Below are positions 1-10,269 of a stretch of DNA of 64,000 nt, piece after piece. The notes under the pieces were generated by a model. The model had not been told where the DNA came from, searched no databases, and was given only the letters and a program-made list of their open reading frames with translations. Source of the stretch: Eledone cirrhosa (Eukaryota). Positions within the stretch are counted from its first letter, which is position 1, and each line of letters opens with the position of its first letter. The stretch covers positions 108,004,001 through 108,068,000 of the forward strand of contig OZ024745.1 of the NCBI GenBank assembly GCA_964016885.1, read 5' to 3'. A program made the position numbers and the translations under genes.

Positions 1-568
1 TGTATAACAAAGTGCAGGGCAATAAAGATAGACGGTAGTCACGGAATAGGCAGACCTAGAAAAACCTGGGACGAGCTGATAAACTCCGACATCACACACT
101 TACACCTCTCCAAGACAATGTCACTGGACCGAGACCTTTGGCGGTACTCAGTAACAGAGAAGACCCGCCTTACCTAAATATATAGTAAAACCTACTCCAG
201 CCAGTAGGCATCTCTAACAAATACACCCCGTCCCACCACCCCCACCCGATCCACACCACCCCGTTCTATGTAAAGTTATGTTGGTGCCGCGCCATCGAGG
301 CCGAAACAAATGAGATCGTGTAGGTGTCACGACAAAAAAACACACAGTCCACGCTGTAATGTGGCCGTGTAGGCAACACGGTAAAAACCTCCCAGACCCA
401 CACTGTAAATGTGGTTGGTGTTAGGAAGGGCATCCAACTGTAGAAAACCTGCCAGACAGTCCTATGCGAGCAAGACAATCACTCTTGCCTCAAGTGGGAC
501 TACCCCCGTCCAAACCCATGCAAGCGTGGAACACGGACGTTAAACGTTGATGATGATGATGATGATGA
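1..568 (+). mobile_element. 3' end of an RTE-clade LINE (RT C-terminal tail, 3' UTR, (GAT)n tail)
   Basis: Translates as ...GRPRKTWDELINSDITHLHLSKTMSLDRDLWR. The 3' UTR ends ggacgttaaacg+(gat)n. Related copies lie at 26620-27095 and 43270-43600. Confidence 0.8.
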
Positions 569-588
569 TATATATATATATATATATA

Positions 589-1413
589 CAGGGTGTGGAC
601 AATATTTGTTCGCAATTTTCAACTGCTAATTTTATGCAAATTTTTTTTTACTTCCGTTGTCACTCTTGTCTTCATAAAAACAGTGACTATATTTCCATCA
701 TTTATTTTCAGAATAATTGATTATGAATAATTTTGAACCTCCAAATTTGTGGAAGAGACACGGAGTTCTTCTTGGAATCCGCGCCGGGAGGACAAATAAG
801 GAAATTTCAGACTTTCTCAGCATCAGCAGGAGAATGGTGGAAAAGGTCAGAAAGGAATTGGAAGATTTAGGATTCGACTACGAAGCAACATCAGCGATGA
901 AAACACATGATCGATGATCTGACGCCTTCAGAACGCCTGAGTTTGTCGCTGAAGTTCAGGATATCATCAACAATGAACCTAGCAAGTCAATGCGTTCCAT
1001 TGCAAGGGAGAAAGGCGTGGATGAAAAGCTCATTAGGCTGGTGGTACATGAAGACATTCGCTAAGTTTCATACAAGATGAGGAAAGGACAATTTCTGTCA
1101 AAGGCAATGCAAGAAAAGCGACTGAAGCACGCAAAGAAGCTGATCAACAAGTTGAAACACCCACTGGAGCCAGACATGCTGTGGTTTTTCTCTGACGAGA
1201 AAAACTTCTGTCAAGACCAGAAGGTCAACTCCCAGAACAACAAGTGGCTTGCTGTCTCATCCAAAGACATGCCCAGAGTCATGCAAACAAAGTTTCCAGT
1301 GACAACATTGGTCTTAGGTGTCGTCAGCAGTCACAGTGACGTCATGCCACCACACTTCTTCCCTGAGGGCGTCAAGCTAAACACCGATGGTTACATCCAC
1401 GTTCTGAGCGAGG
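589..1413 (+). mobile_element. Truncated Tc1/mariner-superfamily transposon (maT/DD37D-like) with a transposase pseudogene
   Basis: Starts CAGGGTGTGG directly after (TA)n. The HTH-like ORF 717-917 continues through in-frame stops into 1077-1413, which has WFFSDEKNF (first catalytic D). The right half and right TIR are absent. Confidence 0.8.
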
Positions 1414-3190
1414 TAGCTGTCCTACCTTTGTAGCAGTTGACAATGATGCTACTGCACCAATCTTTTGGTATGACACCTTCTAGTATTACCTGGTTAACAA
1501 TACGTGTGGTTATATGCCTTCAGCTTCTCGGCAGCTATACCCGATGGACCGGTTGCCTTCCCCATCTTCATATCTTTGATTGCCTTACTTACTACATTGC
1601 TGCTGACTTGTACTGCTGGCCCCTCTATAGGGTCTACTTGGGGTAGGGTCTCTTCTTCCCATGCATTCTCCTCATTTAGTAATCTATCATAATGACTCTT
1701 CCATGCATCTTTCTTCTCAGCACTTGTGAGGGCAAGCTCACCTTTATCATTCCGGATACACTTCTCTCCAATGACATCGCAACTCTCTCTGACACACTGC
1801 CTCGCAATCTTGAACACCTCCTGTTTCTGGTCCTCACATTGCAAAACATGCTTGAATTTTCTATCCTCTGCTTCCCTCCTAGCTAAGTATACTTGTCGCC
1901 TAGCTTCCCTCTTGGTCTCTATGTAATGTACCCTGCTCCCCCCATTCTTCCATTCTTTCCATGCCTGTCTCTTGGCCTTAACTGCCTCATCTACCTTATT
2001 GTTCCACCACCAAGTCACTCTCCTCCTGCTTGAGGTCTTACTCCAGCCACAGACCTCATCCGTCACCTCTAGTAAGTTATTTTTTAGGAACTCCCAGTTC
2101 TCTTCTACATTGAATGTCTCTATCTGTTCTTCTTTACTGTCGTAGGCGTTGAGTAAAATATCTTTAAATCTGTTACTGGTTTAGGGGTCTTTCAGCTTCC
2201 AGATCTTTCTTCTCCAGGTTGGCCCCCGTTTCCAGGTTTGTCTAGTTCTGACTGTGAGGTCGCTGACAACTAAGCTATGTTGGGATGTACATTCCTCACT
2301 AGGGAAGGCTTTTGTTTACGACCGTCCATCTGTCACGTCCTCTGATGAGGATAAAATCTATCTGACTAGAGTGCTCCTCTGATCTATAGGTGATCAGGTG
2401 GTTGTCGGGTTTTATAAAGTTTGTGTTACATATCGACATGTCATTGGCGTCGCAGAATTCTAGAAGTCTGAATCCTTCCTCATTTCTTGTGCCAACCCCA
2501 TGGCCTCCATGTACTCTATTGAAGCCGTCGCAGTGTTTACCTACATGTCCGTTAAAATCTCCTGTGATGATTAGGAAGTCATTGTCGTCTGTTAGAGCAG
2601 TAGTGTGCATTAGGGATTCGTAAAACCTATCCTTAAGTTCGTCTGGCAGCCCCGATTGGGGTGCGTAAGCTGATATTATTGTGGTAATTGTTTTATTCAG
2701 GACTAGTCTGAGTTTAATGATTCTTGCATTTACCCTGTACACTGAGATTACTTTATCTACCCACTTGTCAGCTAGTAGTATACCTACACCCATTTCCCAC
2801 CCAGAAAAATTTGTAGCACCGACTTTTTCCTACAAGGACTCTAGCAGACTCTCCTCTCCATCTAGTCTCTTGCACACAGCATACATCAATTTCCTTTCGC
2901 TCTAGCATTTCTACGATTTCTCCTACTCTTCCTTTCATTGAGCCTACATTGATGGTACCAACTCGGAGTTTTGGGCATTTGTCGACACTCGTAGGGAAGG
3001 GTCTCTGGATTGGCGCTTCACATGGGTGCTTGGTAGCTCGCAGATTCATATTTCATCTATTAATTCAGAGTTGCTCAAATTTATTCTCAGCTCATCCATC
3101 CATAACGGTAGGAAAATTGAGGGCTAGAAGAACAGTGGTGGTGGGATAATGGCTGGGTTTGTTGGGCTGGGACAGGGGAGGAGAGAGTTA
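1414..3190 (-). mobile_element. RTE-clade LINE, 5' half (APE endonuclease plus linker), frameshifted and 3'-truncated
   Basis: Minus ORFs 2768-3049 (GTINVGSM, CVQETRW), 2299-2793 (GDFNGHVG, SQIDFIL) and 1494-2066 (WWWNNKV, KATGPSGI). Confidence 0.9.
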
Positions 3191-3381
3191 GTTAGGTAGT
3201 AGTAGCAGAAGAAATATATATATATATACATATAGTAGTAGCAGAAGAAATATATATATATACATAGTATTAAGGATACTATTTATGGTTATGTATATAC
3301 TAAAACCTTTTATAGTTATATATATATTATACCCTAAATAGTGAAAGACAAGGAGGTCAAGTATGTTAAAAATCACTGAAT

Positions 3382-3432
3382 AATTGCTCCGAAGACTCCA
3401 AACCTCGGTTTGGAAGAAACAATTGTAAGCAG
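3382..3432 (+). ncRNA. Degenerate minimal hammerhead ribozyme motif
   Basis: ttgct-CCGAAGA-c tccaaac ctcg gtttgga a-GAAA-caattg-TA-agcag. Stems I and II pair and stem III is palindromic, but the core has U4->C. Confidence 0.5.
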
Positions 3433-3481
3433 ATAAATGATTTAAACAGAACTTTGTTTCATGTAATCTCTATATATATAC

Positions 3482-3513
<32 letters not shown>

Positions 3514-3565
3514 ACATATATATACACATATACATATATATACACATATACATACATATATATAC

Positions 3566-3597
<32 letters not shown>

Positions 3598-3638
3598 TAA
3601 TTCAAAATATTAATAAATATAGACATTCATGTAATCAA

Positions 3639-3710
3639 ATATATTTTATTATATATATTTCGGAGGTACTGTGCTGTTTCCTCAGTACGTCCTCATCAGA
3701 TAAAATATAT
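3639..3710 (-). ncRNA. Minimal type I hammerhead ribozyme motif
   Basis: Reverse complement reads atatattttat-CTGATGA-ggacgtactg aggaaacagca cagtacctcc-GAAA-tatata-TA-ataaaatatat. Stem I is a perfect 11 bp and the core is intact. Confidence 0.8.
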
Positions 3711-4132
3711 AAATTGATGTATGACATACCTCAACTGTGCTGATGGTTCAATTCCAGTCTTGGCAGTGATTAATTATAACAAAACTCAATATTTATATAC
3801 CATAAGTACTAACATGACAAACTACATAGAATGGAGAGTGTGAGTAGGAAAAAATGTAGAAAAAAAAAAAATAAATAAATAAAATATATAAACACATAAG
3901 TACATAAATATTAAATATTTAAATATGTAAATATCCGTATATGAGTACAAAACAAACAAACAAAAAAAAGACAAATGAGGGAGAGCTAAATAGAGGAGAA
4001 AAGGAAAAGATAGAGAGATGAAGATAAAAAGGAAGAGAGGGAGGGATATATATATATATCCGGGAGCTTCCAACAGTAATGGTTGCATTTTTTAAGGGTA
4101 TGTCAATATTTATTTATAAAACTGATCTATAT

Positions 4133-4199
4133 TATATTTTGTCTGATGAAAGCACACCATAATTTAACTTGGTGTCCTTGAAATATGTATAATGAAATA
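4133..4199 (+). ncRNA. Minimal type I hammerhead ribozyme motif
   Basis: tattttgt-CTGATGA(4143)-aagcacacca taatttaact tggtgtcctt-GAAA(4180)-tatgta-TA-atgaaata. Stem I pairs with G-U wobbles. Confidence 0.75.
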
Positions 4200-4351
4200 A
4201 ATATGGTTTTATAAATATAGTTTCCATTTGTTAATATCGTATGTTTACTCCAAATTCTTGTTGAGTGCTTTATATCAGTTATAAAAATATTTGCTTGTTG
4301 TATCCCAACAATTTAAATAGAACTTTTGCATATATATATATATATATATAA

Positions 4352-4571
4352 TATAAGATCAAAAGATGGTTAAAAGAGTTCCAAGTATTTTATTATGCGC
4401 ATTTCAAAAACAAATATCATGGGATGATATTTGCATTTTCATCAGATAAAATAGGGAGACATATGAAGCTTAAAAAACACTTGCGTGCAGTGAAATGTTA
4501 AATCAACATTTGTTCTTGAAATGCGCATAATAAAATACTTGGAACTCTTTTAACCATCTTTTGATCTTATA
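4352..4571. repeat. Long inverted repeat (~60-bp arms) containing the hammerhead motif
   Basis: 4352-4412 is the near-perfect reverse complement of 4511-4571. Confidence 0.9.
4386..4453 (-). ncRNA. Minimal type I hammerhead ribozyme motif
   Basis: Reverse complement reads tattttat-CTGATGA-aaatgcaaatatcat ccc atgatatttgttttt-GAAA-tgcgca-TA-ataaaata. Stem I is a perfect 8 bp and stem III is palindromic. Confidence 0.8.
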
Positions 4572-4660
4572 TTATTTTTATACTCCTGTCCTATAAACTG
4601 TGGAGTGCTACTTATCCGGTATTTGCATTGCTTTATTGTACTACAATAAAACTCACCTCC

Positions 4661-4711
<51 letters not shown>

Positions 4712-5694
4712 TTCGATTTTGTATTTGCTTTGCAAGATTTTTTAATATCAATATACTTTTAAAGGGTCATATACATAAATATGCATGCATATAAACATTT
4801 AATTTTATTCATAGTTGTATAAATAACATTACAAATCGTTTGCAATTCTTTCAGAATGAAAATATAAACAGAGCATATAAATAAATTTACAGTAGAATAT
4901 AACATAACAAATATGTTTTAAATATATACATAAATAACGTTACAAATGCTTCGATAACATTATAAATAGCTCGCAATTCATTCAGAAAGATATATTCTTT
5001 TAATGTTACAATATTAAAGAAAATGTAATAAATATACATAAATACACACTCACTCAAAGAGAGAGAGAGAGTTAATGCAGCCAATATTTTCAAGCCATTA
5101 AATATATGCTTTTCTTTGGGGCTTGCCGAATAGATACATACATATATACGGAGAGATAGGAGGAGAGGGGGGGGGGGGGTACATTGTTGTTGGAAAGGAA
5201 AATGATTATCCATTTAAATTCTTCAATTCACTCAAACCAGATGACATCATCTAACATTGTGTTTATATTATTTGTCTTTTATAATCATTTATCTTGCCTT
5301 TAATAATGTTTTGTTACACTTAATCCCACCGAGGTTAACTTTGCCTTTCATCCTTACAGGGTCGATAAAATAAAGTACTAGTAACGCACTGAAGTCAATT
5401 TAATCGACTTTCCCTTCCAACAAATAGTTGTGCCTAAATCAGAAACTATTATACTTAATAAACCCCCCCCCCCCCCCCCACCACCACCACACACACACAC
5501 ACACCGTTTTTTTTTTTTTTTTTTTTTTACCAACTTGTAATAACAAATATTAGTTAAATAACAAGTATTGAAACATTTCTAAGGCTGTTAAATGATTTAA
5601 GAAATCTATTCTATCATTTGTTGTATATACTGTTATTATCTATCACTTTTTCTTTATATTCTTAAACCTCTCTACTACTATATGTATATCAATA

Positions 5695-5965
5695 ATAACT
5701 GTTTCTACTTTAGGCACAAGGCCAGCAATTATCCAGTACATTACTGGTACTTTATTTTATCGACCCCGTAAGGATGAAAGGCAAAGTCAACCTCGGCGGG
5801 ATTTGAACTCAGATCGTAAAGGGACGTAACTATGCTGGAAAGCATGGCGTCCGACCCTCCACCAATACTGCCAATCCACCTTTCATCCTTACGGGGGTCG
5901 ATAAAATAAAGTACCAGTAATGAACTGTTATTTGCTGGCCTTGTGCCTAAAGTAGAAACAAATAA
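5695..5965. mobile_element. Head-to-head pair of SINE family A copies (tRNA-derived, Nin-domain-like core)
   Basis: A minus copy at 5695-5880 abuts a plus partial copy at 5880-5965. Core: gcctttcatccttacggggtcgataaaataaagtacc. B-box-like gagttcaaatccc. Confidence 0.8.
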
Positions 5966-6036
5966 TAACATTGCTTGAAAATATTATTACTTGGCAATGT
6001 TAATTATTTTTGGTTAACTCACTCTTACTCTATGTA

Positions 6037-6088
<52 letters not shown>

Positions 6089-6224
6089 TGGGAAATGAAA
6101 TTTCGTTTCATTTTTTCCGTTTATCGTTTTCGGTGCACCCGGCCGATTAACCCACTTGATTGGCTTCTCAGCTGTTAATATGCATAAGGTAAGCATATAC
6201 GTTCAACAATCTGGCAGGAAGGTA

Positions 6225-6271
6225 TACGTTGCTGACGATAGCTAATAAACTTGAAACTAGTACAGCCGTAC
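6225..6271 (+). ncRNA. Minimal hammerhead ribozyme motif with decayed stem II, inside a ~190-nt unit bounded by direct repeats
   Basis: tacgttg-CTGACGA(6232)-tagctaataaactt-GAAA(6253)-ctag-TA-cagccgtac. The direct repeat gagtgg(g/a)aaatgaaatttcgtttcattttttccgtttat occurs at ~6086 and ~6275. Confidence 0.6.
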
Positions 6272-6605
6272 TAAGAGTGGAAAATGAAATTTCGTTTCAT
6301 TTTTTTCCGTTTATATATATATATATATATATATATAACAAACCAAGTGGACCATAATGCACCAGAGTACTCGATACTTAAGGTAGTAGAGTGGGTAATA
6401 TATATATATATATATATATATACTGCCATCATTGGCAGTAATTTTTAATTTATAATAAACGAAGCCAAATTTTACATATTTTACTTAATTATTTTACATT
6501 GCTCCGAGGTAAACAAACCAACCTGCGTACTTTGTCGAGTGCTCCAATCTGCATACTGAGGTGTCGGTAAACAACCAACATATACTAAAAAAAAATATAT
6601 ATATA

Positions 6606-6793
6606 TATATAATTACAACTGTGACATAAACAGGTACTTAAGTTTGGCTGGGTTTTGGACTTCACCTCAATTCATTCAGCCAGTCATAAGAAAAAGAAAA
6701 ATATTTTTATTTTTATTTTGACAGCTGAATGAGTTGGGGTCCAGAATCAACCAAACTTAAGTACCTGTTTATGTCACTGTTGTAATTATATAT
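6606..6793. repeat. Long imperfect palindrome with a hammerhead-like variant motif
   Basis: Arms tataattacaactgtgacataaacaggtacttaagtttgg... / ...ccaaacttaagtacctgtttatgtcactgttgtaattata. Confidence 0.85.
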
Positions 6794-7149
6794 ACTAAAC
6801 TCGTCCTATGGACTGGGTGCTCTTACCCTTGGATATTTCTACAAATCTTTTACCACACACACACACACACACACACACTGCATATATGCATACGTCTGGC
6901 TTCCAGTTTCCCTCCACAAGGCATTCATCAACACGAGTCAATAGTAGAAGACATGTTCAAAGGCCGCACAGGTTTACTACAGTATACTGAATGGAGTGTT
7001 TTATAAATATACTGTCTAGATTCACTATAAACATATCAAAATATCAATAACTTATCACTTAATAACTGATTGTAACCCGAGCCGTATAGCCCATATCTGA
7101 ATCGGTGTCTAGTAGTCATCCGAGAAGATATATTATTTCTTAAGTAAAC

Positions 7150-7240
7150 AATACATTTGAACATTATTCTATGTACTATACATGCACCTTTGATGAGTTG
7201 TAGTGCACCTAAGCACTGTACACAATAATTTCATTATTAT
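7150..7240 (+). mobile_element. 5'-truncated 3' end of the CR1-type LINE family
   Basis: attattctatgtactata...gagttgtagtgcacct...tacacaataatttcattatt matches 57220-57297. Confidence 0.8.
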
Positions 7241-7464
7241 TTGTTTTTAATACAACACGTTGAATTGACGTTCTTTGAATGTGAAAAAAATGCTTTTAAA
7301 ACTTCGTTATCGCCCATTACGTTCGGAATTTAAATTGTGCAGGAATGTGAGGGGTATCAATAGAATAGTTAACGAATAAGATCAATTTAATATTCCTATA
7401 AGCAAGCTAAATATGAATTAAATTATAATAGAAGCATTATTAACTTAAATACGAGCTAATGAGG

Positions 7465-7665
7465 GAGCCACTCCGCAGTAGCTCGACTGGCTAGGAATAG
7501 CAGCCAAATCTCACCCTTTGTCACATCTTGAAAAAATAAATGAAAGGCACACATTAGAAAATGTAATATAAATAAATACACAGTAAGACGGGATAGTTAC
7601 AGCTGGGCACCTTTCGTGTTATGTCTGTTTGACCAGAGCTGACTTAGAACTAAATATCAACAACA
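7465..7665. repeat. Unclassified ~200-bp interspersed repeat (family C, core gctagaaatagcagccaaatc)
   Basis: Related copies at ~18440-18580, 22900-23030, 23310-23520, 23990-24180 and 28770-28970. Confidence 0.55.
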
Positions 7666-8379
7666 TAACTAGAGAGCCTTTACGTAACCACTTGACGTGC
7701 TGAAAATAACAGCCACGTTTATTTTAAATTTTAAAATATACGCCCATATGTATATTGTCGAAATAAAAGATGAGATGAGCAACGGATAGAGCATTTTTGA
7801 TATTGCCGTTATTTAGGTCTAAACAACGGCAATAACTTATATTTGGTTAACTGACATTATTATTAATCCCGACGAGGTTAACTTTGCCTATCATCCTTAC
7901 TGGGTCGATAAAATAAAGCACCAGTAATGCAGAGATAATTGCTGGTCTTGTGCCAAAAGTAAAAACAATTATTATTATAATATATACAGTAAAAAAAAAA
8001 GAAAACAAAAATAACATCATAATAAATAAAAGAACCTCTAACTTACACGATATAATCCAACTTGAGTGAGACTGTTTTAGTAATTGGTAACAGGGGCAGT
8101 CATCTGAAATTATGGTTGAATATACTAGATATCGTCACACTTAGACGCAACCTTGAACTTTTACTAACTGGCATATATCTTTATAAGTTTATTGGACAAT
8201 GTTGTCTGTCTCACTAGAGTCCTGCATGGAATTAACTGCAATACAGATTATTTTATGATCAGGACCAAACTCGGATTTAAGATTTAATCCACTCACACCA
8301 GAGAACGCTTCCCCACACCGCCCGGGCACGCATTAATGGGACAGCGATGCTGAGTTCCCCAACTGTAAAACAAGGACAG

Positions 8380-8434
<55 letters not shown>

Positions 8435-10269
8435 TGTGTGTATATGCTATATTAACTTTTAATTTAAAATAATATATTTCTTCATTGTACTGTTATTTTC
8501 TTTGTTAAACCTGTTTGAATTTTGCATATATATATATATCTGTGTGTGTGTGTGTATAATTTGTTTTTGAATTTGTTTTGCGAGATTTCTTATCTGAAAA
8601 CGTGTGTTGAAACAGATATTGTTATACTTTGGGAGGGTCATGTTGTCAATAAAAATATATGCATCTGTTAGTGTTTACTTCAGTTTATTATAAATTTCTG
8701 GTTGTTTGGTTGGTTCGATAACCGGAAGGTTGTTTATATATTGTCAAAACTCTTTCATCACACATTATGTGACCTCCTCGGTGACTAGGTTTTTTTTATT
8801 TTGTGTCTCTCCTTTGATCTATCCTACACTATCTTGTTTTTGTGTGTTGTCTGCTTAGTTTGCATGATAATGGTTTCTTATATAGGCACAAGGCCAGTAA
8901 TATCGTAATATGATAATAGAAGCATGACTCTTCTAAGCTCGCGACGACACAACGTGACATTGCTCTGTTACGTTTGTCAGATTGAGAAGTTCGGTGCATA
9001 TATGTAGTTATAAATAATCGGAGAACCACTACCACAACTGTTGAATGGTCTCACAGAAAAACGGCAACAGACGGGGTGAATTCTGGAACCTGACAGATTG
9101 GCAAATGTCAAAATATAAATTAACTAGCCGAAGCTTTATGTGAAATTTCAGTTGAGGCGATAACTACACCAATGTGAATCATCATTGAGGTAATTTGACA
9201 AATATTTTACTACAAACAGCTGTAGAGATACCGAGATACAAAAGGAAGAAAAACCTTGACTGGATCCAGCTCCATGCAGAGAAAATATGCAATATGGTGC
9301 GGAAAAAGAAAGCTTTTCATGCTTGGCTTACTAGACTATAAAAGGAAGAATGTTATGTTGAGAAAATTTGTAAAATAATAGGAATATGTCGAGATGTCAC
9401 TCTAGAAACATTTTCTTAGTGATCAAGAATATATAGAGACTAGTAGATGCACCGTTGCATCACCCGTTTAAGCAGGGCAGGAGTTTCACTAAATTGTGTA
9501 AAAAAAAAAAAAGCTTGGATATATACTGGCACCCATCCTGTTCGTCATATACTTGAGCGCAGTGCTAGAAATAGCAATAAGGAAACCTCTTTTCAAAAGA
9601 GGTGTGGATAGATGTTTATGGAAGAAACCCGACTGATCAGCCTGAGAAAGTTGTAAAGGCACATCAAAATGAAGCCTATGATAGTTCGTCAATTATTGTA
9701 TGCTGACGACTGCTCTCTAAGCTTTTAACTTGGTATAAGAACTACAAGAACTCGCAGATACTCTATTCTATATGAAGTTCCTAACCGATTCGACATCGAC
9801 ATAAATGCTCGTTAAACTACGGTTATAATCCAAGTATCAAGGCCTACTATAGTGATGTGGTTGGCGTTAGAAAGGGACCCCCAGTCGTAGAAGCCAAGCC
9901 AAAAATAAACATGTGATAGAGAAGTGAGAAAGAGATATAGATCAGGGGCGATGGAACTGGGGAGGGCCAGTGCCCCCCCCCCCCTCTCTCTATAATTATA
10001 TTTTGGTCCCCAAACTACCAAAACACACACCTATTTGTATATGCGCTACAATTTATGTACATATTATATATAGAGAGATGGGTGAGATAGATATAGAGAG
10101 GGACAGAGTTTGGTGGTAATTGATATAGAGGTAGGTTGAGAGAGTGTGTTGTATATTAGATATAGTGGGGGAGATATTCATATTTACTGATATAGAGAGG
10201 GGGATTGGAAAAGTGTTCCGTGTCGTAGATATAGATAGGGGGAGAGTTTGATGTTAATTGATATAAATT

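Noticed and set aside
8580-8625. ctgaaaa...gaaa hammerhead-like string
   Set aside because: The core deviates and stem I does not pair convincingly.
8930-9080. CpG-containing patch with CTCGCGA (possible promoter)
   Set aside because: No linked exon or gene was identified, and it is adjacent to decayed LINE sequence.
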